Source of the DNA: Clostridium sp. CAG:354_28_25 | GTDB taxonomy: Bacteria > Bacillota > Clostridia > TANB77 > CAG-508 | NCBI GenBank assembly: GCA_001915925.1 | Contig: MNRL01000010.1 | Span: forward strand, 6,140 to 70,139 | Reading direction: 5' to 3' | DNA length: 64,000 nucleotides | Shown: positions 9,069 to 19,920 of the stretch, one piece after another | Position numbering within the stretch: position 1 is the stretch's first letter | How the letters are laid out: each line of letters begins with the position of its first letter | Program-made: the position numbers and the translations under genes | The notes under the pieces: generated by a model | What the model was told of the DNA's origin: nothing | The model's database searches: none | What the model saw: only the letters and a program-made list of their open reading frames with translations

Positions 9069-11222
9069 ATGAAAAAAATAGAGCAAATTATAGCAGAAGA
9101 ATTAAATATTAAGGTACAACAAGTAGAAAACACGATAAAACTAATAGATGAAGGAAATACAATTCCTTTTATAGCAAGATATAGAAAAGAAGTAACGGGC
9201 GGGCTTTCTGATGAAGTTTTAAGAACTTTTGGAGAAAGACTAAACTATTTAAGAAATTTAGAGAAGAGAAAAGAAGAAGTTACAAATTCTATCGAAGAGC
9301 AAGGAAAGTTAACAGAAGAGATAGTAAAAGATTTAGAGAATGCTATTACTCTTGCAGAAGTAGAGGATATTTATAGACCATATAAACAAAAGAAGAAGAC
9401 AAGAGCAACTGTAGCAAAAGCAAAAGGGTTAGAACCACTTGCAGAAATTATTTTGGCTCAAGAAGAGACAAAAAATATACAAGAAATAGCAGCTGAATAT
9501 ATAAGCGAAGAAAAAGAAGTAAAAACTGTAGAAGAAGCAATACAAGGAGCATTAGATATTATTGCAGAAATGATATCTGATAACCCAGAATATAGAAAAT
9601 TAATTAAGCAAATAGTATATTCAAAAGGAATTATAAAGACTACTGCTACAAAACCAGAAGAAAAATCTGCTTACGAAATGTATTATGATTATAGTGAAAA
9701 TGTAAATAAAATACCAAGTCATAGGATTCTTGCAATAAATAGAGGAGAAAAAGAAGAATTTTTAAAAGTTAAAATAGAAAAAGAAGAAGATAAAATTTTA
9801 GAAAAAATAGAGAAAGATATAATAAAAGGTGAAAACCAGTTTACACAGTACTTAAAAGATACTATTCAAGATAGTTTTAAAAGATTAATAGAACCATCTA
9901 TCGATAGAGAGATAAGATCAGATTTAACGGAAAAAGCAGAAGAGCAAGCAATAAAAGTATTTGGTAAAAATGCAAAACAATTATTATTAGGTGCTCCAAT
10001 AAAAGGTATAACAGTTATGGGATTTGACCCAGCATATAGAACAGGTTGTAAAATCGCAATAATTGATGAAACAGGCAAGGTTTTAGATATTACAACAGTA
10101 TACCCAACAGAGCCACAAAATGACGTAGAGGGAGCGGAAAAAGAATTAGTAAGATTAATTAATAAAGATCATGTAGATATGATTGCAATAGGAAATGGGA
10201 CAGCTTCAAGGGAATCTGAAATGTTTGTATCAGAGATGATAAAAAAATGTGACCATGAAGTTTTATATACCATAGTAAGTGAAGCAGGAGCTTCTGTATA
10301 TTCTGCGTCAAAACTTGCAACAGAAGAATATCCAGACATAAATGTTTCTATAAGGGGTGCAATATCTATAGCTAGAAGACTTCAAGATCCTCTTGCAGAA
10401 TTCGTTAAAATTGATCCAAAATCTATAGGTGTAGGTCAATATCAACATGATGTAAATCAAAAGAAATTGGAAGAAAGCCTAGCAGGAGTTGTAGAAGATA
10501 GTGTTAATAAGGTAGGAGTAGATGTAAATACTGCAACACCATCACTGCTTTCATATGTTTCTGGAATAAATAAAACTATAGCTAAAAATATAGTAAAATA
10601 TAGGGACGAAAATGGAAAGTTAAAAACTAGAAAAGAATTACTTAAAGTTCCTAAATTAGGTAAAGTTGCATTTGAACAATGTGCAGGATTTATTAGAATT
10701 CCAGATGGAACTAATCCATTAGAAAATACAGCAGTACACCCTGAAAGCTACGACATAGCAGAAGAATTATTAAAGACTTTAGGTTATGGAACAGAAGATT
10801 TAAAAGATAAAGATAAATTAGTAGAGCTTAGAAAAAAATTAGGAAGTATAAATTTAACCGAAACAGCAAAAGCTTTAAATGTAGGAGAAATGACGCTAAA
10901 AGATATTATAGATGAATTATCAAAACCGGGAAGAGACCCAAGAGAAGATATGCCAAAGCCAATACTAAGGCAAGATGTTTTAAAATTCGAAGATCTAAAA
11001 GAAGGTATGATATTAACAGGTACTGTTAGAAATGTAATTGACTTTGGAGCATTTGTGGATATTGGTGTAAAACATGATGGACTTGTCCACATATCAGAGA
11101 TGAGTGAAAAATTTGTTAAAAATCCATCAGATATCGTGTCTGTTGGAGATATTGTAAAAGTAAAAGTTATCGGAATAGATAATGAAAGACAAAAAGTAAA
11201 ACTTTCTATGAAAATTGGATAA
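9069..11222 (+). CDS. tex: Transcription accessory protein Tex (YqgF/RuvC-like, HhH and C-terminal S1 domains)
   Basis: N-terminus IAEELNIKVQQVENTIKLIDEGNTIPFIARYRKEVTGGL is the hallmark Tex motif. 717 aa. C-terminal S1 domain (GMILTGTVRNVIDFGAFVDIGVKHDGLVHISE). Confidence 0.9.
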   Translation: MKKIEQIIAEELNIKVQQVENTIKLIDEGNTIPFIARYRKEVTGGLSDEVLRTFGERLNYLRNLEKRKEEVTNSIEEQGKLTEEIVKDLENAITLAEVEDIYRPYKQKKKTRATVAKAKGLEPLAEIILAQEETKNIQEIAAEYISEEKEVKTVEEAIQGALDIIAEMISDNPEYRKLIKQIVYSKGIIKTTATKPEEKSAYEMYYDYSENVNKIPSHRILAINRGEKEEFLKVKIEKEEDKILEKIEKDIIKGENQFTQYLKDTIQDSFKRLIEPSIDREIRSDLTEKAEEQAIKVFGKNAKQLLLGAPIKGITVMGFDPAYRTGCKIAIIDETGKVLDITTVYPTEPQNDVEGAEKELVRLINKDHVDMIAIGNGTASRESEMFVSEMIKKCDHEVLYTIVSEAGASVYSASKLATEEYPDINVSIRGAISIARRLQDPLAEFVKIDPKSIGVGQYQHDVNQKKLEESLAGVVEDSVNKVGVDVNTATPSLLSYVSGINKTIAKNIVKYRDENGKLKTRKELLKVPKLGKVAFEQCAGFIRIPDGTNPLENTAVHPESYDIAEELLKTLGYGTEDLKDKDKLVELRKKLGSINLTETAKALNVGEMTLKDIIDELSKPGRDPREDMPKPILRQDVLKFEDLKEGMILTGTVRNVIDFGAFVDIGVKHDGLVHISEMSEKFVKNPSDIVSVGDIVKVKVIGIDNERQKVKLSMKIG

Positions 11223-11237
11223 TTTAAATAAATAAAA

Positions 11238-11278
11238 AACTTCTTATACATATTGTGTAAGAAGTTTTTGGCTTTTTT
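11238..11278 (+). terminator. Rho-independent terminator after tex
   Basis: AACTTCTTATACA-tattg-TGTAAGAAGTT stem followed by TTTTTGGCTTTTTT. Confidence 0.7.
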
Positions 11279-11306
11279 AACTATTTGATAAATTAAAAAC
11301 AAAATC

Positions 11307-11333
11307 GGGATTTAAGGACCGTCCCCAAATCCC
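11307..11333. repeat. Intergenic palindromic repeat unit (copy c, opposite orientation): GGGATTTAAGGACCGTCCCCAAATCCC
   Basis: Reverse-complement form of the family consensus, in the convergent tex / DUF975 intergenic region. Confidence 0.65.
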
Positions 11334-11359
11334 GAGAGACCAAAATTCCGAAGAAGAAT

Positions 11360-12292
11360 CTAATCTTTATTTTGGTCTAAATTTGGTATGTCTACTATTT
11401 CTGCTTTTACATCTTGAGAACCAGATTGTTCTTTTATTTCATTTGTTGTTGTATTTTCATCTGAGTTTTCTGTTGAATCTACAGTACCTTCGGCAACTGT
11501 AGCAGAACTATCTATACCAGCTCTATTTTCATAGAATACTATTGATGCAAACCCAATATATGGTGTTAATACAATAGTACCAGCGATTGCTGCTATCCAG
11601 CCAATAAAAGGTATTAAAGATACTACAACAGCTAGAGCAATCCATCCAATGAATGAAAGATATAGGCAGAATAAACGACCTTTATTTCCATCCATAAGTT
11701 CTTTACTTTTGTTAACACAATCAAGTGGTTTCATAGTTGGATTATCAATTGCAAGGTATATACCTAAACCATATGATAATGACTTCACGAAAAGCCATAT
11801 GTATGCAACAAGTACAACGATATATGCTATTATTGTTAAAGCACTAACACCAACTATAGCACCACCTAAAGTAGAAGTAGAAGTACTTATTCCTACTGCA
11901 AATGCAGTTGCAAAAGATGCGATAATAGAAACTACCATTATAATGATTGCAACTATTATTAATATTAGCGGAGCAATCATTTTTAAAAGTAATCTTCCTG
12001 TAAGGCACCAAGCTCTTTTAAAATTAGTAAAACCATCTTTAAAAAAATCAAAGTATCCTACACTTTCTCCTCTTTTTAGCTTCATCATAGTCATCATAAA
12101 ACCATATATTATTGGAATATCAATGACAATAGCAGCTATAGAAACTAAGAATCCTAAAAAAGGAATAGCAGAAAGTAATCCTACTAAAAATGAGTATCCT
12201 AAAAATATTAAGGTAATTAAAACCACAACTCCCCATTTACCTTTTAAAGATTCTCTGGCTTGCTTTCTTGTTTCTGAAGCAGTTAAAACCAT
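11360..12292 (-). CDS. DUF975-family polytopic membrane protein with acidic C-terminal tail
   Basis: N-terminus ...KQARESLKGKWGVVVLITLIFLGYSF... matches the DUF975 pattern (LKGNWG). Six or more hydrophobic helices. RBS AAGGAGGGG on the minus strand. Confidence 0.55.
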   Translation of the reverse strand: MVLTASETRKQARESLKGKWGVVVLITLIFLGYSFLVGLLSAIPFLGFLVSIAAIVIDIPIIYGFMMTMMKLKRGESVGYFDFFKDGFTNFKRAWCLTGRLLLKMIAPLILIIVAIIIMVVSIIASFATAFAVGISTSTSTLGGAIVGVSALTIIAYIVVLVAYIWLFVKSLSYGLGIYLAIDNPTMKPLDCVNKSKELMDGNKGRLFCLYLSFIGWIALAVVVSLIPFIGWIAAIAGTIVLTPYIGFASIVFYENRAGIDSSATVAEGTVDSTENSDENTTTNEIKEQSGSQDVKAEIVDIPNLDQNKD

Positions 12293-12336
12293 TTTTAAAT
12301 CCCCTCCTTAATTAATTATATTAAATACAAATAAAG

Positions 12337-13365
12337 TTAGTACTTTTCTTGTATTTGTTTAATAGAATTAAAATCATTATCTAAAATATCTAGGAAAGCT
12401 ATACCTATTTCTGGGTCAAACTGAGAACCCAAATTTTCTAATATTTCAGATTTTACAACGTCCATTGGTAAAGAATCTCTGTAACTTCTTTTTGAAGTCA
12501 TAGCATCAAAACTATCAACTATAGAAGTGATTCTAGCAAGATAAGGGATATTTGTTCCTGCTAATCTTTCTGGATATCCATTTCCATCAAATCTTTCGTG
12601 ATGATATTTTATGATATCTAGAATATTTTTAAACATGTCAGCATTTTCTAAAATGTTATATCCAATTACGGGATGTTCTTTAATTTTTGTATATTCCTCA
12701 TCTGTTAATTTAGATTCTTTTAGAAGGATGCTGTCTGGAATACCAATTTTTCCTATATCATGAAAAAGACCGCCAATTTTTAGCTTTTCGATATCATCGT
12801 CAGGCAAATTAAGTTTTTTTCCTAATAGAACTGCGTATTCAGAAACTCTGTCAGAATGACCTTTAGTATAAGGATCTTTTGCTTCAACAGTGTGTCTTAA
12901 TATTTCTATACTGTCTATGTAAGCTTTTTCTAAATTGTCATTCATTCTAGTTATTGTTCGCATTTGATTTACAGATTTTAATCCAGATTCTATTAATAGT
13001 AATAATTGGTCAAATTTATCACTTTTTTCGCAATATCCTTGGATATCAAGTTCGTGAATAGTTTCTAATGGTGGAGCCAAATCTTTATGACCAGTTAAAA
13101 GAAGAATATATAGATCTTTATTAAATTTTCTGATTTCTTCAACAACTTTGTCACCATGAATTGGGTCCATAATAAAATCTAGTACCATTAAATCAAAATG
13201 TTCTGTTTTTACGCGATTTATAGCTTCTATAGGATCTGTTATGCCAACAAAATCATAGCCAGATCTTTTCATAAATATAGATAATGAATCTAAAATTCCT
13301 TGTTCATCATCTACAGCGATTATTTTAAAATCAGCACTTTTGGATGTAACTTGATTCTTTCTCAT
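12337..13365 (-). CDS. Response regulator with N-terminal receiver domain and C-terminal HD-GYP (c-di-GMP phosphodiesterase-type) domain
   Basis: REC: KIIAVDDEQGILDSL...DLMVLDFIMDPIHGD...LTGH. HD-GYP: HSDRVSEYA...HDIGKIGIPDSIL...HHERFDGNGYP. Confidence 0.85.
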   Translation of the reverse strand: MRKNQVTSKSADFKIIAVDDEQGILDSLSIFMKRSGYDFVGITDPIEAINRVKTEHFDLMVLDFIMDPIHGDKVVEEIRKFNKDLYILLLTGHKDLAPPLETIHELDIQGYCEKSDKFDQLLLLIESGLKSVNQMRTITRMNDNLEKAYIDSIEILRHTVEAKDPYTKGHSDRVSEYAVLLGKKLNLPDDDIEKLKIGGLFHDIGKIGIPDSILLKESKLTDEEYTKIKEHPVIGYNILENADMFKNILDIIKYHHERFDGNGYPERLAGTNIPYLARITSIVDSFDAMTSKRSYRDSLPMDVVKSEILENLGSQFDPEIGIAFLDILDNDFNSIKQIQEKY

Positions 13366-13425
13366 AATAACAGACCTCCTAATATAGAAATTATATAAAT
13401 AAAAAGTTATAAAAGCAAGAAAAAA

Positions 13426-13480
13426 GTCAAAAAAAATACAAAAAAAGCGAAGGTAAAATTTGCCAATTTATCTTCGCTTC
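13426..13480 (-). terminator. Possible intra-operon terminator/attenuator between the histidine kinase and response regulator genes (minus strand)
   Basis: On the minus strand AGCGAAG-loop-CTTCGCT followed by a long T-run (the A-run 13426-13445 on the plus strand). Confidence 0.45.
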
Positions 13481-13492
13481 TAATATCTTTAA

Positions 13493-15559
13493 TTATTTAT
13501 CAGTTTTATTAGAATTATCAATTTTTGGTAAAGGAATAATAATTGAAAATGTAGTACCAGTTTTATCTGAATCACATTTGATATCACCATTAAAATGAGC
13601 TTTAATAGTAGAATATGATACGAATAAACCAAGTCCTGTTCCATTTTTTCCCTTTGTGGTAATCATCTCTTTAAATAGTTTTTCTTGAACCTCTTTAGGA
13701 ATACCTGGTCCATAATCCTTTACTTGTATTATTATGTTATTATTTTTTACATTTAATATTAAATCTATTTTTTGATTTGGTTTGCCATTATATGATTGAA
13801 TAGCATTTGAAATCATATTATTTATTACTTGTACCAAGCAGTTTATATCACCATTAATATAAGTACTTGAAGGTACATTATTTATTAAATTAAGTGAAAC
13901 TAAAGCATTTTTTAATTCGTGTTTCATTAATATATCAATATTTTTTAGTAATTCATCCATATAAAAATGAATATTACTTGTAGAAGAGAAATTAACAGCC
14001 TGACCTTTAACTGCGGTTATAACATCAGACATATATTCTGTATAAGTTTTAATTTTTTCTATCCAAGAAGTCATATCTTTTGCAATATCATGATGATCTT
14101 GTTCTGTTACATCTTTATCTCCAATAGATTTATCATATTCGGTAACTAAATCTGTAAGCCCTTCTGCAGCACCAGATATAGACATTATAGGTGTTTTTAA
14201 GTTATGAGCTATACCTCCAATTAATTGTCCTAAAGATGCCAAACGTTCTCTTTCTATAAGCATGTTTTGATTATTATGTATTTGATTTATATTATTCTTT
14301 GTTAGATCCTGAATCTCATTAAATGCATTTACTAAGTCACCAATTTCATCATTAGAAACAACTGGTAATCTAGCACTATGGTCGATATTTCTATTTTCTA
14401 CAATTTTTAGTAATGCATCAGAAACCCTTTTTATTTCATTTGCGATATAATTTGCGAAATATCTTAATAAAATAATATTAACTATAAATAATACAGCAAA
14501 AATTGATAACAATCCAATTAAAATAGTATTAGACACTAAATTATAACGTATACCTATAGTCCATGTTTTTCCGTTTATAGTAACACTTCTAAATACCCCT
14601 TGAGAATCATCACCATAAAAGTCATAGGTTCTATTCTTTTCAGGTTGTGTAGATGATAAATCATTCATATATTTTGTAAAGAATATTGATAATTCTTCAC
14701 CATTAGAAGTTGTTATATTGCCATCTGGAGCAATAATAAAATATGAATCTACCTTAGCTTTTTTATATTCAATTTTTGAAAGTGCTTCAGATAAAACTTC
14801 TAATGGATCTTCTTCTGTTTGAGTAGGTAAATCTAATGAATTTAATTCCTGATTATAAAAATCATAAGTTAAATTACCCGTTTCTTTTATTATAGAAGAA
14901 TAACCAGATAAAGCAATTAAAAGTGCAGTAACTATAAACATAGGTATTGTTACGATAAAAATAACATTTTTTATACTTGATCTTTTTACATATTTATTAA
15001 AATTACTATCTATATTAGAATAGCCAGAAACTTCATGATATATATATACTAAAATGTTCTGAAAAGTCTTTTTAGAGAATATATATGAAATACTTGCTAT
15101 TAATGTTAACATAGATAAGAAGAGCAAGCATACTTTTAAAGTAATAAACAATTCACCTTGTAATAAACTAAAAGTTATTGCAATCATAATAACAGGAACT
15201 ATTATTTGTACTATATATATTAAATTAGGTATTCTGGATATTGTTTTAGAAAGTTTATAGTATAATTTAGTAGCATTTTTTTTAGGCACTTGCAATAGTT
15301 CAGCTCTTATTTTATTTGCCTTTCTTAAACTATGTATTAATATAATATTTTCCATTAATAAACTACATAATACAATCATTATATATTGCTGTGTATAAGT
15401 TAGTCCATTAATAACTATTTGAAATTCATTATCTATAGAATTTGGTGGGTAACATAAAAATGTAGGCACCAATTTATAGAAAAATAATGAAACAATTATA
15501 CAGGCAAGGTTATATACTAAAATCAGTTTAGCCCAATTTTTGTCCAAAGTTTTTTTCAT
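13493..15559 (-). CDS. Membrane sensor histidine kinase (multi-TM N-terminal region, extracytoplasmic sensor segment, HAMP-like linker, HisKA and HATPase_c domains)
   Basis: H-box LASLGQLIGGIAHNLKTPIMSISG, N-box LVQVINNMISNAIQ, G-box VKDYGPGIP / GTGLGL. At least 8 predicted TM helices. Start overlaps the NRPS stop by 32 nt. Confidence 0.85.
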   Translation of the reverse strand: MKKTLDKNWAKLILVYNLACIIVSLFFYKLVPTFLCYPPNSIDNEFQIVINGLTYTQQYIMIVLCSLLMENIILIHSLRKANKIRAELLQVPKKNATKLYYKLSKTISRIPNLIYIVQIIVPVIMIAITFSLLQGELFITLKVCLLFLSMLTLIASISYIFSKKTFQNILVYIYHEVSGYSNIDSNFNKYVKRSSIKNVIFIVTIPMFIVTALLIALSGYSSIIKETGNLTYDFYNQELNSLDLPTQTEEDPLEVLSEALSKIEYKKAKVDSYFIIAPDGNITTSNGEELSIFFTKYMNDLSSTQPEKNRTYDFYGDDSQGVFRSVTINGKTWTIGIRYNLVSNTILIGLLSIFAVLFIVNIILLRYFANYIANEIKRVSDALLKIVENRNIDHSARLPVVSNDEIGDLVNAFNEIQDLTKNNINQIHNNQNMLIERERLASLGQLIGGIAHNLKTPIMSISGAAEGLTDLVTEYDKSIGDKDVTEQDHHDIAKDMTSWIEKIKTYTEYMSDVITAVKGQAVNFSSTSNIHFYMDELLKNIDILMKHELKNALVSLNLINNVPSSTYINGDINCLVQVINNMISNAIQSYNGKPNQKIDLILNVKNNNIIIQVKDYGPGIPKEVQEKLFKEMITTKGKNGTGLGLFVSYSTIKAHFNGDIKCDSDKTGTTFSIIIPLPKIDNSNKTDK

Positions 15560-18500
15560 TTAAATTTTCCTCCAATCCGTGTTTAAAATAATTAGTATTT
15601 ATATTAGACCAATTAAAATTAATTTCTTTTAATACCTTAGTTGTATAAGGACTAGATACTTTGATATTGCTTGCTTCGTGTTTACTAGTTAATAATTTAT
15701 ATAAGTAAGAAGATAAATTAATATCTTTTGTGGAAGCTTCTAAATCTTGTAATGAATTATCAGTAGTAAATTGTATGTTAAAACCTAAATTATTTAATAG
15801 GTTAACAATTTCTTGTAAAGTTAATTCATTTTGATTATATATATGATATACATTATATTTATTATCATTTTGTAGAATAGATACTATTAAACTAGCACAT
15901 TCATCAACAGGACTTATATTAAATGTTTTATCTTTTAACTCTAGAGGAATTTTTTTTGCTTTTATAATAAATTGTATTAAATTAAAAAATAAGTTTTCCT
16001 CTAAGTTGTGTTGGAATATACCATCATAACTTCTCCAAGTAATATTTCCTAAACGGAATATTGTTATAGGAAGACCTTTTTGGTTTTCTTCTAATAATAG
16101 CTTTTCTGCCTCAAATTTAGTTTTTATATAAATATTTTCACTAATATCTTGGTTAACAAATAAATCCTTTTCTGTAAAAGCGCATGAACCATTAGGATCA
16201 TTACTGCCTGCAACTGAAAGCGTAGAAATATGTACTAATTGGCAGTTTGGAATATCTTTACAGACTGCTATTAAATTTTTTACACTTAATACATTTGTTT
16301 TTTCAAAAACAGCATAATCTCCTAGATGTTTAACAGTTGCTGCAGCATTAATTATACATTGTATATTTGTACACAACTCATTATATGCATTATAAATAAG
16401 ACCTAAGTGTTCTTTAGTAAAGTCACCATTAACAACTATAATTCTATTATTAAAATAATGATCTAATTTATCTTTAAAGTAGTATTGTAGTCTTTCTTTT
16501 AATCTGTTAGTTGAACTTTCTAAAGATTCTCCTCTTACTAAACAATATATCGTATAATTTGTTTTTTCTAATAATTCATAAAGAATATGAGCACCTAAAA
16601 ATCCTGTAGCACCAGTTAATAAGATATTACCATTTATATAACTTGGAGAGCTTTTTTCTATTTGAAAAGTTTCGTAATCTACTGTATTAATTGTACTAGA
16701 AATAGGTGATTGTGTATTTAGCGCATATTTTTCTAATAATTTAATTGTAGGATATCTATAAAAATCTTGTGCAGATAATTTTATATCATATTTTGCAGCT
16801 TCTACAGAAATCTTTATAGAATCTAGTGAATCTCCTCCTAAAGCAAAGAAATTATCTTTTATTCCAATCTTAGATTTTCCTAAAACCTTTTCCCATATAG
16901 AACACAATTTTTTTTCTATATCGTTATTAGGAGCATCATAATTTTCTACATCTAAATCATTTATATGTTCTAATAATTTTTTCCTATCTATCTTTCCATT
17001 TGTATTTAAAGGAAATTCATCTAAAAACTCAAACTGATTTGGAATCATATAATGAGGCAACTTATTAACTAGTTTATTTCTAAATGATTCTTGATCTATT
17101 ATTGATGAATCTATAATTACAAATGCAACTAGAGTAGAATTATCAGAAGATTCTTTATTTAATATAATTGTACAATTTTTTACACCGTGAATATTTTTTA
17201 TCGTATTTTCAATTTCTCCTAAATCAATTCTATAACCTCTATATTTTATTTGATTATCATTTCTACCCACAAACATTATAGAGCCATCTGGAAGCCATTT
17301 TGCAGAATCTCCAGTTCTATATATTCTATTTTTTAAATCAAAAGATGCTTTTGTTTTTTCTGGATTGTTTAAATACCCATTACCAACACATTCACCTTGT
17401 ACATAGATTTCGCCAACTTTACCAATTGGAACTAACCTTTTTAATTTATCTAAAATAAATATTTTAGAGTTACCAATTGGACTTCCAATAGGTGTTATGT
17501 TATTAGGTGGCAGAGTATTTTTAAATTTATACATTGTACAACAAATAGTAGTTTCAGATGGTCCATAACCATTTACAATTTTCATGTTAGGATTTAGGTT
17601 ATAAAAATTAGATAGAGTAGAAGCTTTAATAGGTTCCACACCAACCAATATTTTATTTAATGCTAATTTAGGATATTTAGCTAATTCCTCATATATAGAA
17701 TGCAACATAGCAGGTGGGAAGTATGCAAATGTAATATTATTAACCGAGATATATTTAGCAAGTTCCACGATGCTACTATTATTTAAATCTTTATATAAGT
17801 GTAGATTGCCACCAAAAGTAAGCGCTGTGAAAATTTCTGCCATACTAACATCAAAACAAATATTAGTTACAGATAAAAATTGGTCATCAGCTTTAATTGA
17901 ATCATCTAAATAATGCTTAAAAGAGTATACAAAATTAATAATATTATTATGTGATTGCATAGTTCCTTTTGGCTTTCCTGTAGAACCAGAAGTGTAAATG
18001 ATATAGGCATTGTCAGTTGGTAATACTTTAGGAAATTTAGCAATAGCTGGGTAATCCTTTAATTTATTAATGTATAATCTTAGACATTTTATATTTAAGC
18101 TTTCAAAATATTGTTCAGTAATTAATATTTTGCTATTACTATTTTCTAAGATATATTCAATTCGTTCATTAGGATAATCAGGGTAAATTGCTAAGAAAGC
18201 AGCTCCAGCTTTTAAAATTCCTAATAATGAACAAATAAGGTTAATATCTTTATTTTTAAATAAAACTGCTACACAATCTCCTTTTTCTACGCCATTTTCG
18301 ATAAGGTTAGTAGCAATCTTAGTACTATTAGCAATTAATTCTTTATAAGTTATATGTTCGCCATTATATGTAACTGCTGTATTATTAGGATACTTACTTG
18401 CAACAGCTTCAATTAACTCATGAATTCCTATGTTTTTAGGATGAGAGATATTAGAATTATTAAATTTATTTATTATAAGTTCTTCTTCTTTCTCGCAGAT

Positions 18501-19805
18501 AATACTTATATCTTTTAGTAAGATAGAAGGATTCTCTAATACATGTAGAGTCATATTCATAATTCTTGAATGAATTTTATCTATTTGTTCTTCCGAAAAT
18601 TTAGAAATTTTATAATCATAATAAATGTTAATTATTCCAGTATCATCTAAATCATAAAAATGTATTTGTAAGGTATCAGAACAATTATTATTAAAAGACC
18701 AGTTTGTATGAAATTTTATATCAGCTACAGTATTATCTATTCTAGCATTTTGGTAAGATATGGCTAAATCATATAAATTATATGAGATATTATATTTGGT
18801 TTTTAAATCTTCTAGTAATGTAGAATATGAATATTTTTGATGTCTAAAGAATTTCATTTGGTTAGTTAAAACTTCTCTTAAGAAGTCTGTAAAAGTCTCT
18901 TCATAATTCATTTTCATAAAAAAGGCTTGCGTACTTACAAATATTCCACAGGTATTTTTTTCTTTAAAATTGGTTCTATTTAAGATAGGTGTTCCAATTG
19001 TAGAAAAATCATTATTATTAATGCGTGCTAAATATAGTGAATATATAGCCATAAAAAATGTATAAAGAGAACAGTTATGTTCTTTGCAAAAAGCATCCAA
19101 TTTTGAATACAATTCTTTATCTAGAATATATATTTTTCTTTTTGCAGTTGTATCTATAATTTTTTCTTTTTGGTCGGAAATTAAAGATGGCTCTGGCTCA
19201 GAGTCAAAGAAAGTATTCCAAAATTCTTTATCTTTTTGGAATCTTGGAGTATGTAAATAATCTTGTTCACTTTTTGCAAAGTCTAGATAGGAATTATTAG
19301 CAGAATCATCAATAATTTCACCAGCTATTAATTTTGAATAAATATTCATTACTTGGTCTACGAATAAACTCATAGTCCAAGCATCACAAATAATATGGTG
19401 AAAAGTTACGATTAATCCCCCTGTATTATCTTCAAACTTGAAAAGAGTAACCCAAAATAGTTTAGAATCAAAAAAATTAAATTTTTTATTAACAGCCTGT
19501 AAGCTAAGGTCTTCTAATTCTTGTTTATCTTTAATAAAAACTCGTCTTATAGTAAAAGGTTCATATGGAGTTATGTACTGCTTTGGTTTGTTATTTTCCA
19601 TATGAATACGAATTCTAATTGCGTCATTCTTTTTTACAAAAATATTTAAAGCTTTTTCTAAAAAATCTAAATTTACCGGTTCATCAATAATAATGTTACC
19701 ACCAATTAGATTAACACTACTACCAGATGCATATTCTTCGGTTAAGTAAATAGATTTTTGTGGAATAGTTAAATCATAAAATTTAAAATTATTCATAAAA
19801 ATCAC
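15528..19805 (-). CDS. Single-module non-ribosomal peptide synthetase, domain order C-A-T-R (condensation, adenylation, thiolation, terminal NAD(P)H-dependent thioester reductase)
   Basis: C domain HHIICDAWTM (HHxxxD). A-domain cores LAYIIYTSGSTGKPKG, FDVSMAEIF, NGYGPSETT, GELYVQGECVGNGYLN, YRTGD, GRNDNQIKYRGYRIDLGEIE. PCP FFALGGDSL. R domain LTGATGFLGAHILYELL (GxxGxxG) and YIKTK (YxxxK). Confidence 0.85.
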   Translation of the reverse strand: MIFMNNFKFYDLTIPQKSIYLTEEYASGSSVNLIGGNIIIDEPVNLDFLEKALNIFVKKNDAIRIRIHMENNKPKQYITPYEPFTIRRVFIKDKQELEDLSLQAVNKKFNFFDSKLFWVTLFKFEDNTGGLIVTFHHIICDAWTMSLFVDQVMNIYSKLIAGEIIDDSANNSYLDFAKSEQDYLHTPRFQKDKEFWNTFFDSEPEPSLISDQKEKIIDTTAKRKIYILDKELYSKLDAFCKEHNCSLYTFFMAIYSLYLARINNNDFSTIGTPILNRTNFKEKNTCGIFVSTQAFFMKMNYEETFTDFLREVLTNQMKFFRHQKYSYSTLLEDLKTKYNISYNLYDLAISYQNARIDNTVADIKFHTNWSFNNNCSDTLQIHFYDLDDTGIINIYYDYKISKFSEEQIDKIHSRIMNMTLHVLENPSILLKDISIICEKEEELIINKFNNSNISHPKNIGIHELIEAVASKYPNNTAVTYNGEHITYKELIANSTKIATNLIENGVEKGDCVAVLFKNKDINLICSLLGILKAGAAFLAIYPDYPNERIEYILENSNSKILITEQYFESLNIKCLRLYINKLKDYPAIAKFPKVLPTDNAYIIYTSGSTGKPKGTMQSHNNIINFVYSFKHYLDDSIKADDQFLSVTNICFDVSMAEIFTALTFGGNLHLYKDLNNSSIVELAKYISVNNITFAYFPPAMLHSIYEELAKYPKLALNKILVGVEPIKASTLSNFYNLNPNMKIVNGYGPSETTICCTMYKFKNTLPPNNITPIGSPIGNSKIFILDKLKRLVPIGKVGEIYVQGECVGNGYLNNPEKTKASFDLKNRIYRTGDSAKWLPDGSIMFVGRNDNQIKYRGYRIDLGEIENTIKNIHGVKNCTIILNKESSDNSTLVAFVIIDSSIIDQESFRNKLVNKLPHYMIPNQFEFLDEFPLNTNGKIDRKKLLEHINDLDVENYDAPNNDIEKKLCSIWEKVLGKSKIGIKDNFFALGGDSLDSIKISVEAAKYDIKLSAQDFYRYPTIKLLEKYALNTQSPISSTINTVDYETFQIEKSSPSYINGNILLTGATGFLGAHILYELLEKTNYTIYCLVRGESLESSTNRLKERLQYYFKDKLDHYFNNRIIVVNGDFTKEHLGLIYNAYNELCTNIQCIINAAATVKHLGDYAVFEKTNVLSVKNLIAVCKDIPNCQLVHISTLSVAGSNDPNGSCAFTEKDLFVNQDISENIYIKTKFEAEKLLLEENQKGLPITIFRLGNITWRSYDGIFQHNLEENLFFNLIQFIIKAKKIPLELKDKTFNISPVDECASLIVSILQNDNKYNVYHIYNQNELTLQEIVNLLNNLGFNIQFTTDNSLQDLEASTKDINLSSYLYKLLTSKHEASNIKVSSPYTTKVLKEINFNWSNINTNYFKHGLEENLNEKNFGQKLG

Positions 19806-19920
19806 CTATTTTAATCTTGAAAAAATTATATACTTAAAGAAACTAAAAATCAACAAAAATATTGAACAATTTAACCATTTGTTATAGAATAAAGGCATCC
19901 TAAGAGATGTTGGGGGAAGA

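Noticed and set aside
11649-12311. Plus-strand 220-aa ORF
   Set aside because: Entirely antisense to the DUF975 membrane-protein gene (11360..12292, minus strand), which has a good RBS and a recognisable family motif. The antisense translation is featureless.
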